Shown here: piece after piece, positions 12,584 through 25,040 of the stretch
How positions within the stretch are numbered: the first letter of the stretch is position 1
How the letters are laid out: each line of letters begins with the position of its first letter
NCBI GenBank assembly: GCA_047495785.1
Contig: JBLDXI010000006.1
Span: 248,001-312,000 of the forward strand
DNA: 64,000 nucleotides
Reading direction: 5' to 3'
From: Lepidodermella squamata
Taxonomy: Eukaryota; Animalia; Gastrotricha
Translations under genes and position numbers: made by a program
Notes under the pieces: generated by a model
Seen by the model: only the letters and a program-made list of their open reading frames with translations
Database searches by the model: none
What the model was told of the DNA's origin: nothing

Positions 12584-13772
12584 TTAATTAGGCTTGACGA
12601 TAGCCCAGGAGACGTCGGTCTCAATACCACAGACGTTCTTGCCCTTGGGGATGCGGTAGTAGCCAGCCTCACCTGAAAAAATCAAATTAGCACATGATTC
12701 CAGTGAAAACAGTAGATATCTTACCCCAGGAACAGCCCCAGCTGTTACGGACGATCCAGTAGTCACCATCCTTAGCATTGCTGCCGTAACCGACGATGAC
12801 GACGGCGTGGGTAATGTCAGTAGCCAGAAGCCCAGTAGCGCACGTGTCACCGATGTACATGCCGCTCTTGTAGGCGAAAAAGTCCTTCATAACCTTGAAG
12901 CCGACGTTGATAGGACCGCCACGGAGAGCATCCTCCATCGCCTTGATGCTGATATCAGGCTGGGAAGGGAGCCACTTCTGCAGTTGACCGACAGCGAGAA
13001 CAGTGAAGCCCTTGGCATCAGAAGACTTGACATTGCAGCTCTGGAGAACAGCGGCGTAGGGGTAGGTGGCAGGGCCGTTGTAGCCGGTCTTCTTGGTCTG
13101 GAAATAGTCATAGACACCAACGGCGCTACCTCCGTTGCAGCCTTCGTTATAGTAGCCCAGGGAACAATCGACAATCTGCTGTTCAGACATGGGCACGGCC
13201 CTGGTCTGGCCAGTAGACAGAGCGAGACGGGTTTCCAGTTCGGCGATGCCGGCGAACGCGTAGCAGGAACCGCACTGTTCCTGGTTCTTGATCGGCACCA
13301 TTACGCAGCGCCAGTCTACAATAGCTCCATCGTACTTCTGATACGGGAGAATGGTGTTGTCGGAGTTGGTGGAGACTTGGCGGGCGTAGGCGCGAGCAGC
13401 GGGGTGGACGAACTGCTCAACCGACGGGATCATAGTGGCGTTTGGCGCTTGGACTGGTTTTTTGTTGGCGAAATACTTGAACATTTCGTCGAAACTGTCG
13501 TGGCAGTTCGCGTTCAGGCCGTATTCAACACCGTTGTCCTTCTTATCGAAAAGGTGAGCCTCAATCGCGTTCTTGATGACATCCGCCTGGGCAGCCTTGT
13601 GCTCAGCAAGAGTGTCGATGCCTGCCGGCAAAGGGAACTCCTCGGCGAATTTGTCGTAGATAGGATGGCAGCCTTCGAACGGCTTGTCGGCGGTTACAGC
13701 GGATCCCGCATCCTCAGCGAAAACAGCGCTCAGAGAAACAGCGGCGAAAGCCGTCAGGATGAGACGAGCCAT
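12584..13772 (-). CDS. Papain-family (C1A) cathepsin L-like cysteine protease, copy B (exons 13772-12725, 12672-12584)
   Basis: Near-identical paralog of copy A with the same intron and intact Cys/His/Asn. Flanking UTR/promoter sequence is also duplicated. Confidence 0.93.
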
Positions 13773-14255
13773 AGTTTGACTTTAGTCGCGGCGAAATGAG
13801 ATTTTTCGCCGATCTACGGTGCCTTTAAATATTTGCAATTTTGTTTTCTTCGTTATGTTTGCTCACATTTCTTACGGTTTGTTTTAATCTCTGGGATTTA
13901 AAGATCTAAAACATAATTTCAGCTGCTACGTGTAACGCTTCGGCGTATATTTGATTAGATGATGAGGATTACCAAGTTCGGATCCGGAACTTACGGGACA
14001 AATTTGACCTATTTTACTGATAACCACGCGCATTCCCCTTCACATAATGTTTGATGAAAATAAGCGTAAGATATCAGTTGCTTTAATGGTTTAAGTATCT
14101 GCTGAGAATGCATCGTTTTTTATGGAATGTGGAACATGAGCCAAGATGCAGGATAGGCGGCCGCAAAACCAATCCCTCTGAAAGATGAAAAATGAAATGA
14201 CAAAGGGTGATTTCATCGGGTGCAGTCCTTCCAAGGCTAAACATCACGCTCTGCG

Positions 14256-15258
14256 ATGAAGATAAGAATCCGATGGCTTTTCATCGTCCTTTGTGGGCAC
14301 ATCTTAGCAGCTGGTAGTTTTTAGGTCTTTTTGACTTTTCCTTAGCCTTTTCATTTCAGGCAATGCTCAATCTTGGCCGAACTACGAGTCTCTTGTGCTA
14401 CAAGTTCCTTTTGACAAGGCCTCGGGGATGAAAGATGCAGTATGCAGCCTTGATCCTGTAGTTGCTGCTAATGCTGGGGCTGTCTCCAGCAAACTTGGCC
14501 CTGGAAACCGGCCTGATGCCGCTTACGTATCTCAAACTCCCAACCAGCCACTTGCAACCTACCGCTATTTGCCTATCAAAACTGGATTTGCGATTTCCTT
14601 CTTTCTCCAGACGAATGGCAATCATAATGTTGGCATAATAGATGCTGAGTTCCCTAATTCCTTCCTTTCAATCACAGCTGATGACAAAGGCGGGTTCAAA
14701 ATTCATGAATATTTTAAGAAGGACGGATCTTTCGCGGCTAGGACGCATGGTAAGGTGTTCACGAGCGCCGAAATTTGGAATTTTTTTGTCATAAGTTTCA
14801 ATGGCTCAAGTGGCGTAATGACTGTCTACGAAAACACCGATTTTACCGCCGAATATTCAAACGAGCCCGTTGTGCCTCGAGCTGGTTCTAAAATCTCATT
14901 GACTGTCGGGAAAGCTGAGATCAGGACTAAATCTAAGCAAAGTACGCCGTTTTTCATGGCTGGGGCTGACGCAATATCTTGCCTGACTGTGTATGATTCT
15001 CCCGTGTCTGGCCCTCAGCAAGTTGAGGCGATCCAAAAAGCTTGCGGCGGGGCAAAGGCTGCTCAGAAACCATCTTCTCAATGCGATAGAACAGCCCCGC
15101 CAGTTGTCCCGAGTACACCATCGGCAGTTAAACCTCAGACTGCAACAACGACTAAAAAACCGAAGAAAAATTCATCGGTGGGAATGGCAGCCGGGGCATG
15201 GCCGGTTTTATCTGTAATCACAGCTGTTCTAACGAACCAATACCTTCATTTCGCTTGA
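14256..15258 (+). CDS. Secreted/GPI-type LamG/pentraxin-like (ConA-fold) protein 1 (exons 14256-14313, 14360-15258)
   Basis: Signal-peptide exon MKIRIRWLFIVLCGHILAA, phase-1 intron. Motifs SLVLQVPFD, GFAISFF, WNFFVISFNG, ISCLTVYDSP. Pro/Thr linker and hydrophobic C-terminal tail. Fold call is by pattern only. Confidence 0.7.
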
Positions 15259-15647
15259 ATTTATGATAAAATTTGTTATTTACATAGTTAGCTATTCCAT
15301 TGATGCCAATTATGAGGCCTATCAACACAGTAAAGATATCGAGCTTGGACCTTGAACGCGAGTAGCGAGTAGACGACACCCTGATGAGTCACAAATTTCC
15401 AAAATAGCGAATAGATAAAGGTGTAGGATATAGGATTGAATAAAATGCTAGTTGTTGATGGCCAGATAACTTTTAATATCCTTCAGGCATATCCGGGTAT
15501 TTTAATTACAAGCGCATGATAACACCATGTTTGTTATGAGTAAACACTAGACGCTGCTGAGTCATACATCCGCCACCAGCGATGCGTACAAAAACTGCAC
15601 CGGAGACTGGTATATATTACACCACACTACTAGGCCTTACGAAAAAA

Positions 15648-16657
15648 ATGCATGCACTCACAATCACTGTTTTCGCAATCTTTGCCTTCATTAACGGTAA
15701 AAGGATTAATTCATAATATAGGAATAATGCTTCATTTTTAAGCTTTTTTTATTCGCAGTGCATGGTCAAAATTTCCCAAACAATGAATCGTTGATTTTGT
15801 ACGTGCCTTTCGACGCGAAAGATGGCTTTACTGACTCAATATGTGGCTTGACGCCAATTGTCGATGGTCTTATCGGAGTGGACGGGGCAAGACTGGGCCC
15901 GTTCGGCAAGCCTAAAACATCCTACGTCTCATATGGCAACAACCAACCGCTCGGCGTCTACAGATACCTGCCCTTAAAGACCGGGTTCACGATTTTCTTC
16001 TATTGGAACTCGTTTTATCAGCAATTCATCACGAGAGGGGTCGGAATTCTGGAAACGAGTTTTTCAACCAGTTATTTTTCAATAACATCTAATTCAAATG
16101 GAGCGATGACGTTTAACGAGTTCTACCCCGGTGAAAAAATGGCTTTGTCGACACGCTTTGACAAATACTTCAATTCATCGCAGTGGCGTTACGTTTTGTT
16201 AAGCTACAACGGCACTGAGGGCTACATGTCGATGTATGCTGACGGGTTAGCTGCCAAGAGTAGTGCAAAAATCGGCGTAGTAACTGGGCAAACCATCGCG
16301 TTAACAATAGGCCGCGCCGAGGAGCGTGATTTGACGAATAAAGAACGCGTTTTTTTCATGACAGCCGACGATGCGATATCCTGCCTGGCTGTTTACGACT
16401 CGCCGACTGAAAATCTACCCGGCCTGGCGTCGCAACTCGGCAAAGTGTGCGAACTAGGGCAGAAGCCGGAGAGAAAGTCGGCCGAAGCGTGTGACCGGTT
16501 AAAAAAAGAGGTAAGTGTACCATCCACAGCGGCATCTACTACAACAAGTGCTCCCGGTGCGAACGGTTCTGCCGCTACTACTGTGATATGTGACCATTTC
16601 ACGGTACTGGCTTGTTTCTTCATGGCAGCTATTCACTATACTACGTCAAACAATTAA
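15648..16657 (+). CDS. Secreted/GPI-type LamG/pentraxin-like protein 2 (exons 15648-15696, 15759-16657)
   Basis: Signal exon MHALTITVFAIFAFIN, phase-1 intron. Shares YRYLPLKTGF and DAISCLAVYDSP with protein 1. Ser/Thr linker and hydrophobic tail. Confidence 0.7.
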
Positions 16658-17859
16658 ACCGCGACTAAGCTATTCATTTCACGTATAAAAAAAAATGCGT
16701 GTAAATAAGCTTATTATTTTTTGCGTAACAATTTCGTCTTACTTCAAGAAAAATGAAAAAAATGGAAAAATGTAATTTTATTGGTTTTCGTCAGAGGAAG
16801 CCACTGAAGTCACTAGCCTTAGCCAAATGTGATCCTGTACCTGTTAGACTGTTACAGCTTAACAATGCTGAGGAGTTTCTCCGAAGCGTTAGTTTGAGAA
16901 AAAAGGTCTACCGCAGGGCAAAGAATTGACCGCTAACTCTATTCCTCACATTTTTGATGAGTCCAGTCGATTGGAAATCCTTGGCAACAATGTGCAGCCT
17001 GGTATTTGAATAGGATTTCACCATATTTTATGCAGTCTCGCTAATTCAATGAACAGCAAGGTAAAAGAGGAGCTTTGAACTGTTCAGGAAGTTTTCGAGC
17101 TCTTGTCACTGTTTTACCGCTTAATGCAGCAATGGAGAAGGTAAAATGCGAAATGAATGAATGGCCCAAATTTCGCCGTCATAGACTTGAATTCTCAAAA
17201 AGGCTGAGAAATACCACAATTTACGACAGATAGTTACAAAACAGTCTTTGAATTGATGCATCTAATACATTTTTGGAGATCTTCCATCTAAATCCCAAAA
17301 ATGGTATAACAGAATGGAGAAATTTTGAGGATTTGCTCATTTCAGGAAAAAAACGACGGCGTAATTAAAATTCTGCATGATTTTCAGTGCGTGCTATATT
17401 TTTGATATGAAACTGTAGTGCCGCTATTATTCAATATAAAAAATTAGCCTTTGTTGTTTAAGGAAAAAACAAAACGCCCCGAGTGTGTAATTATCAGCTA
17501 CTATTCATTTTTCACGTAAAAAAGCGCTATGACCACAGCAGACTATGAACGCCTATGAGTATTAATGCTCATGTAATTGAAACGTTTTTATTATTAAACA
17601 ATAACATTTCTTTTCAAAGCTGAAAATAAACAATGTTTCAGTGTGGTTTCGTGAGAAAAACGATACCAAGTCGCTTTTTGAACCGTATCAGACTGCACCG
17701 AATATTGGCTCTGAAGCTATTAAATTCAGCCATTCAAATCGCTTCAATATTAGGAATAGCGTTAAGAATAGGCGCCTGTTCCGGAGGTGGAGTCCTCAGT
17801 CATTTTTGCTTCCATAGCGCTTTTTCGAGCTAACGCTGGATTATTTTCCATTTTTTTAG

Positions 17860-18888
17860 ATGTTATCGAAAGTTTTATTGCTCGCCCTATTCGGGCTGGC
17901 AATAATTGCGATTGCAACAAGTAACCCTGTGCCGAAAGGGCCGCAGCAAGATGACGGCGATGACGGTGGCGATACTACTCCTGCTGGAGATAATGGGGAT
18001 ACTCCTCCGGCTGATGACAACGGCGACGGTGGCGATACCACCCCGGCGGATGACAATGGTGGCACGGATGGCGGTGATGGGGGTGACGGAGGTGATAACA
18101 CCGGTGGTGATGACAACGGAGGGGATAACGGGGACGGCGGGGATGGTGGTGATAACGGTGGCGATAACGGAGATGGTGGTGACGGGGGTGATAATACTGG
18201 GGGTGATGACAACGGGGATGGGGGTGATAACGGTGGTGACAATGGTGATGGTGGTGATAATGGGGATGGTGGCGATGGGGGTGACAATGGTGATGGAGGT
18301 GACGGTGGGGACAATACTGACGGTGGAGATGGTGGTGATAACGGCGATGGTGGGGACGGTGGTGACGGAGGAGATAATGGGGATGGTGGGGACGGTGGTG
18401 ACAATACTGATGGTGGCGATGGGGGAGATAACGGGGACGGTGGTGATGGAGGAGACAATGGGGATGGAGGTGACGGTGGGGATGGTGGAGACAACACTGA
18501 TGGCGGAGATGGGGGTGATAATGGGGATGGTGGTGATAACACTGATGGTGGAGATGGGGGTGATAATGGGGATGGTGGAGACAACACCGATGGTGGGGAT
18601 GGTGGAGATGGAGGGGATAACACAGACGGAGGGGACGGTGGTGATGCCGGTGATGGTGGGGACAACGGAACCGATGGGGGTGATGGAGGTGACAACGGGG
18701 ACGGAGGTGATAACACCGGTGGTGATGACAACGGAGGGGACAATGGGGACGGCGGCGATAACGGAGGCGATAACGGCGATGCCGGAAACGGTGATGGTGG
18801 TGATGGTGGTGACAATGGTGGCGATGGCAATGCGAACGGTGACAACGGCGACGGAGGTGATGCGAATAATGGTGATGCGGACAGCTAA
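17860..18888 (+). CDS. Secreted Gly/Asp/Asn-rich low-complexity acidic protein (342 aa)
   Basis: Signal peptide followed by (GDGGDN/DGGD)n. Synonymous Gly codons vary between repeats, which suggests selection on the protein. Confidence 0.8.
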   Translation: MLSKVLLLALFGLAIIAIATSNPVPKGPQQDDGDDGGDTTPAGDNGDTPPADDNGDGGDTTPADDNGGTDGGDGGDGGDNTGGDDNGGDNGDGGDGGDNGGDNGDGGDGGDNTGGDDNGDGGDNGGDNGDGGDNGDGGDGGDNGDGGDGGDNTDGGDGGDNGDGGDGGDGGDNGDGGDGGDNTDGGDGGDNGDGGDGGDNGDGGDGGDGGDNTDGGDGGDNGDGGDNTDGGDGGDNGDGGDNTDGGDGGDGGDNTDGGDGGDAGDGGDNGTDGGDGGDNGDGGDNTGGDDNGGDNGDGGDNGGDNGDAGNGDGGDGGDNGGDGNANGDNGDGGDANNGDADS

Positions 18889-19190
18889 ACTGCTGGATCG
18901 CGCCGGCCAGATATCAACGCTTTTTCCTGGTGAACTGTTCGTATTAGGGCTATTAGCTTTCAAAAAACCTAGGTGTTTTGATCTGTCTTCATCGCTTTTG
19001 TTCTATCAATTGTTACCTGCCTAACAAAGCCAAAATACTCCGACAAAATGGGCTTTAGATAAATAAAGTATAACAATGATTTCTGTGGAATTTTTTCAAG
19101 TGTGAGCATGTGCCGCCTTAAAATAACACAGGCACGCTCGCATTCTCGAGACTGCTCCCGCCTCTAACATTCGTGATCATTATTTCAAAA

Positions 19191-21575
19191 ATGCGATTAG
19201 CAACCCTGCTACTTGGTTTGTTCGGCCTAACGCTGGTTCTAGCTGGCCCTGTGCCGAAGGGAACCCATCAGGATGAGGAACCTGCGAAAGATGAGAACCC
19301 TGCAACACCTCAGCCAGACGAAAGCGAAAGCACCACCCAGGCCAACGAAGAGCAGAATCAACCAGAAGGCGGTGAGACCCCTGCAACCGAAGAAGGTTCT
19401 GAGCAAACTACGCCATCAGAAGCCAGCGAATCTTCAGGGGGTGAAGCGAAAAACAGTGAAGATGGTGGAGAACAGACAACTCCAGGGGAAAACAGTGAGG
19501 ACCAAACAACTCAAGCTGATGAGAACGGTGAAACAACTCAAGCAGCAGAGGACGAGGAAGGCACGACGCCCTCTTCGGAGAATGGTGAGGAAACAACTAG
19601 CCCAAGTGATGAAAATGGCGCGACTAATGGCGAGGATGGAGATCAAACAACGCCATCGGAGGAAGGGGAATCCACCACCCCAGGTGAAGACGGGGCAACT
19701 AATGAAGCTGGTGAGGATGCAACGACTCCATCCGAGGGAGGCGACAACAACGAAGAGGAAACCACGCCATCAGAGGAAGGAGATTCAACCACCCCAGGTG
19801 AAGACGGGGCAACCAATGAAGCTGGCGAGAACAATGAAGGGGAAACCACGCCATCTGAAGGCTCAGACGACGCTACAACCGCAGGTGATGAGAATAGCGA
19901 GGACGCAACTACCCCAGCTGGGGAAGACGGGGTCACTAATGGTGAAGCCTCAGGAGATGGATCGACTGATGAAAATGCAACCACTCCTTCGGATGAAGCT
20001 TCCACAGATGAAAACTCAACCCAGGAAGGCCAAGACGAAACAACGCCTGCTAACGAAGACGGTTCCGAGACGAAAAGTGATGATTCATCTGCTGACGATC
20101 CTTACGGAGACCCGAATGAAGACGATAATTGGAAGCAGTGGAAGAAGCAATTCGCCAGCTCAGACGATTCGAAATTCTCCAGTAAAGAGGATGATGATCA
20201 GCACGAAAAGGAATTCATGGAACGCATGAACGATGTTAAGCAGTGGGAAAAGGAGGCTGAAGAAAGCGGCAATCCAGATCTAGATTTTGGGTTGAACAAA
20301 TTCAGCGCTGTTCCTGAAGACAAGTTACAAAAAGAACTGCTAGGGTTTCAGCCGTTAGAGGGTGAGGATGTCAATATCGACAAAGGTGACCAAGATTTTG
20401 GTAACGTCGAGATTCCACCCGACCTTAATAGCCGAAGAAAGAGGCAGGCTGGCGATGAATTCGATCCACTAGCCGACTATGGGCCCCCTGAAGACTACCC
20501 AGACTATCCAGTGGATGATGGAAAGCCAGGAAGAAGAGGAGGGAATAACGTAAGGACGACCCCGAGAAGTGAGGAATACCCAGTTGAAGATGACAAGCCG
20601 CGAACCACTCGAAGAAGGGGAGGGAATGAAGTAAGGACGACTCCAGGCAGACCTGCAGCAACTACCCGAAGACAAACTAATCCTAATCCTAGGCCAACTA
20701 CCCCGAAACCGGAATCTGAGCCTGCTAAGGACAACCAGCCACCTTCGAAACCGACTGGGACTGGGAATATGGTCCTAACCCCTACTCCTTTGTCAGACTT
20801 CGAGAAAATCCCTGGCGCTGTTCTCGACTGGCGAAACAAAGGCATATTGTCAAAGGTTCGAGACCAGAACCCTTGCGGGAGTTGCTACGCCTTCGCAGCC
20901 AATTCCGTTCTTGAATCCCGCATTCGGCTGAAACGAGGCAATAACGATATAGACCCAATGTCGGAACAGCAAATCCTAGACTGCGACCGAGCTTCTCACA
21001 ACAAAGGCTGCAATGGCGGCTGTGCTGTAGCTGTTTACATGTACTACCAAAAAACGAACGGTTACATGAAAAATGCCGACTATCCTTACTATAAGGCCGA
21101 CGACCGTCAGTGCCAGTTTGACGAGGGTAAAATGGTGCCGTTCAAAATTGAACAGTTTTTCCAGATCGAGGCGAAGAATGTCGATGCGATGGTGAAGGCA
21201 CTACAGCACGGCCCGATCGCGGCATCGTTCAAAGTTACGAAGAAGTTTTACAGCTACAAGAAGGGCGTCTTTGAAGACTCGACGTGCGATGGCCCTGGTG
21301 ATCATGCGATTTCGATAATAGGATACGGAACAGATCCTGCAACTGGCAAGGATTAGTAAGTTGATCCTTCAACTCAGGCCAGAATTAAATATTTTCCTTT
21401 ACAGTTGGATTTGCAGAAATAGTTGGGGCGAAGACTGGGGTAAGATTTTTCGAATATTTGATCTTCTTGAATTGCTGATGGCCTTGATTTAGGTTGGGGC
21501 GGTTATTTCCTGATTCGAAAGGGCGTCAATGAATGTAACATTGAATCGTATTCGGATTATCCGGTGATTGGATAG
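19191..21575 (+). CDS. C1A cathepsin L-like protease with ~280-aa acidic Glu/Thr/Gly N-terminal extension (exons 19191-21355, 21405-21439, 21493-21575)
   Basis: Signal peptide, TTPSEEG repeats, I29-like prodomain (WKQWKKQF...FGLNKFS), RRKR site, Pro/Arg/Thr linker, NPCGSCYAF, DHAISIIGYG. Spliced YWICRNSWG and GYFLIRKGVNECNIE complete the domain. Confidence 0.9.
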
Positions 21576-21683
21576 CTTCACAATCGACGCGAAATAATTG
21601 AGTAAAATGACATTTTCTGTGACTCAATTTGCAATATTGATTTATTCTATTTTTCCAATGAAAAAAAATTCATATTTGTGTTC

Positions 21684-23021
21684 TCATGTGGTGCATCGTT
21701 CGAGCGCGACGCCGTAAATTGAAGTCGTCGCGTAGTTTGTTTGCGGTGCTGTTAGCCCTGTGATTAGCTTACAGCAGGCCGAGTAGCTTGCTGCATCGTA
21801 AGTACTGCTTGGACTTGTCGGCTGGAGTAAAATAACAGTAAAAATTATAGAAAAATTAATTTCGGCTGAATAAAAACGGGAAAATTCTAGTTTGGTCGTA
21901 ATTCATCCTATCATATCATGCCAGAATGTTTCGCCATAGGTCATAGTGGCCTTCAATAGCGACTTTGGCTCAAAAATGTTGAAGTTCGATTCCTGATTTT
22001 TTCAGCAAATTTGCAGAATTTTCCTATTTTTTTACCAGAAGATTTTTGGCTAAATTTATTTCCTGACTTACAGCAGTTGACGATTTCGACTCTCCAGACA
22101 CGCATGTTTCCGGGAATTGCACGCAGTAGTACTTCGGGCCGGAAGCCTGGCAGACTTTGTAAGCATTAGCTGTTACAGCGCCGACACAGATGAGATTCGA
22201 CCCAGCCATTTCATACTTGATATTCGCAACGCCCAAATTCGCCGCCGTGCAACAGGCTGTGAAAGATGCTGCTGGGGTCGATCCTGATACGATCTAGTTA
22301 TTTCAATGTTGGAATAATGGTGTTGAAATGAAGCAGGGGGCCTATACCGATGACCCTGTTAGAGGGCATGTTGCGGAGGTTGAACAATATTTCACAGAGG
22401 TCCCAGCTCCTCCTCCGCCTCCAGTTGCGGTACCAGACGTAGTCATTGAGCACAAGGGATAGGTGGTCTAAAAGAGGCCCGCAAAAACATGATCAAACTG
22501 ACTTTTCAATGAAGACTAGTACATAATTAGAAAGTAGAATTCATATAAATATTCAAAAAGTTCTTTAAAAATTAAACATTTGAAATTTCGCGCAATTTGA
22601 GAATTAAATTTTTAAAATTTAATTGAAATTTCAATTTTTTCTAAAGTATTTGAAATTTTCAATAAGTTAATTAAAATTTCAAAATTTGAAATTCGCACTT
22701 TGAGAAGCAATTGAAATTTTATGTTTAATTTTTTTTTAATTTATTTACCGATGGAAGAATGCAAGGTGTGCTAGTCGACCCGGCGCATAGATCGGCTAAG
22801 TTCGATTGGCACGCTTGGTTAGCCGGGCACGGGTTGAGGGTGTTCTGGCAGCTGAGCCCACTCGCTGTGCATGTCGACGTCACGCATGACTGAGAATCAG
22901 GGCATGTTGCCGCAGACGGGCATGCGGTTGTAGCTGTCGTCGGAATCAACGACGTACAAGCGTTGACATTACCAAACAATCCAGCTAATATCGATAATTC
23001 CAGAAATTTCTCAATCAGCAT
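21684..23021 (-). CDS. Secreted Cys/Thr/Ser-rich protein, subtype A1 (exons 23021-22749, 22467-22348, 22293-22072, 21821-21684; 250 aa, 22 Cys)
   Basis: Four phase-0 exons splice into one ORF. Signal peptide ends before a Cys. Homologous to the three neighbouring genes. Confidence 0.82.
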
Positions 23022-23666
23022 TTCCGCTAAATTGTCTGCTTTCTGTATATATTAGGTATTTAGCCAAGAGAAGAGTAACAAAATGTTATTTGCCGTCGTT
23101 GATAAATTTTTTTATCGCTTTAATCCTTGTTGAGTCATGTAGGCGGCTTTTGGCGCCGTGATGTGTGAGGCATTCGAGGTTCACCTGTCGTTCATCCTTA
23201 ATCCCAGGTGTGGGTGGCTATTTTCTTCATTTATTTTCCAAAGTATTAAAACTCGATTCACTGGTATCTACAATTTCTCTTTCATGCTACTGAAAAATCT
23301 AGAACGATTCTAATAATTACTGTTTTAGAAAAAAAGCGCGGGCTGTATACATTTTCCTCCCCAGAATTAAAAATTCTAAAAGCTGAAGAATGTATGTTCA
23401 AATGTTTCCGTTTGCGACGTTCTGAAGTTAAAATTTAATAATTATACTGATAGCAATTCTAATAATTTTAATTAAATTTTTACCGCCCAAAAAATGGGAA
23501 AATAGGTCATAAAATTAAGCGTGCCACCTTAAATTTAGGTATCCACGCTAATTATCTCAAAATCTAGCTATCTTTCAAATCGAAATTGTTTTATCACCAA
23601 GCCTCAATTTTTCGTTAAAATTTGAACTTAATTTCATTTTTTAGATCTTGAAATTCAACTTTCAAA

Positions 23667-24878
23667 ATGAAAATTGAATTGTTTTCAATAATTTTAAATT
23701 TCGGCGTGATTTTTCTCGCCGACCTATCAATCGCTTGCACATCGACGTCTACAACATCGACGACGACTGTCACGTGCCCAACCGCCGCCTCGTGCCCGTC
23801 CAATACGCAGTGTTCGACCTCGTCGACACCGCTCGGCTGTCCCAGTGGCCAGTCATGCTTGAACACCACAAATCCGTGCCCGGCTGTTCACACGTGCCGG
23901 TCGACAATAAATAATTACTGCGCCGACTCGACAAAAGCATGCCCGGTAATTTAACAATTTAAATAATAATAAAATTAGAAAAAATTAGAAAAAAATTATT
24001 TTGTGAAAAATTTGAAATTTAAATTTAGAACTGATAGAGAAATTGCTTAATTTCTTTCAGCCATCATTTCCGATTTGCCAAATGACGACTTCTGGGACGA
24101 ATTCTGCTAGTGGAGCCGGAGTTTCTATTAAATACTGCATTTTCACAGCGACATGTTCAACTCTAACTGGAGGCACTGTTAGTTTTCCACAAAATTCTTT
24201 CTTTTTTTGTGATAATTTCATTAATTTTACAAAAACTCCTCACCAATTCAGATTTCGTCTGGTTCGACCCCGGCGACGAGTTTTTCCAGCTGCTGCACGG
24301 CGGCGAATCTCGGCGTTCCGGCGCCTCAAATAATGTATGAAATGATCCAAGTGTCAGGCGGCACGCCAACCATGGCCTGCATAGGATCTAACACGGCCAA
24401 TGCGTACAAAGTTTGCACGGGCAGCAGCAAGCATTATTGCCTGAGATTTCCGGAAACGTGTGCTTCCGGCGACGCAAAGTCTACTACGGCGGTACGTCAT
24501 AATATAGAAACCAAAAATCAAATATCAAAAAAAATTAAATTCCTAATTTTGAGATCCACCCGGCTCAATTTCGAGTTTAATTTTTTTTTTAATTTTAATG
24601 GATTTTTTGAAATTTTTGAAATTTCAGTGAATTTTAGTGAATTTCACTAAATTGAAACCTAAAATTTCGGAATGTATAATATTTTTTTAATAATTTGAAT
24701 TTGTTCAATTTCCTTTTTTCAAATTTTGTATCATCATTTTATATAGCCCACAACGCCATCTTCGCAATGGGACCAGAGTTCGTATGTTAACTGTTGCAAG
24801 GGCATCAACAGCCTCACATCGGCATCTTTCTCCAGCGTCTCACTATACGGCGCCACAATTGATAAATGCACAACTTGA
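23667..24878 (+). CDS. Secreted Cys/Thr/Ser-rich protein, subtype B1 (exons 23667-23945, 24061-24177, 24252-24491, 24747-24878)
   Basis: Same four-exon phase-0 structure. Shared motifs CCTAANLG, ANAYKVC, YC.(Q/R/K)FPETC, CCK.I, YG...C. Confidence 0.82.
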
Positions 24879-25040
24879 AAAGGCTTTTTGTATACCTATA
24901 TAATACAATTCCGACAATAAAAGAAATGTCTTGATTTTCTCAACGAAAATGAGCTGCTGTTATATTTTCCGATTTTTATCCACCAGAAAAATCCAGAAAA
25001 ATTAACAAATAATGGTCTCGTATAAAAGGTATAACAAAAA

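Noticed and set aside
16700-17800. Possible small spliced gene on the minus strand
   Set aside because: Short Cys-containing frames exist, but I could not assemble a consistent exon chain.
17840-17862. Pyrimidine tract + AG directly before the ATG as evidence of SL trans-splicing or operons
   Set aside because: Equally explained by a 5' UTR intron, and not seen consistently at other genes. Needs 5' transcript data.
17856-19024. Extensin-like (SPP)n antisense ORF and Met/Val-rich or Ile/Thr-rich alternative-frame ORFs
   Set aside because: These are shadows of the GGN-GAY repeat. Only the 17860 frame has a signal peptide and homology to the neighbouring gene.
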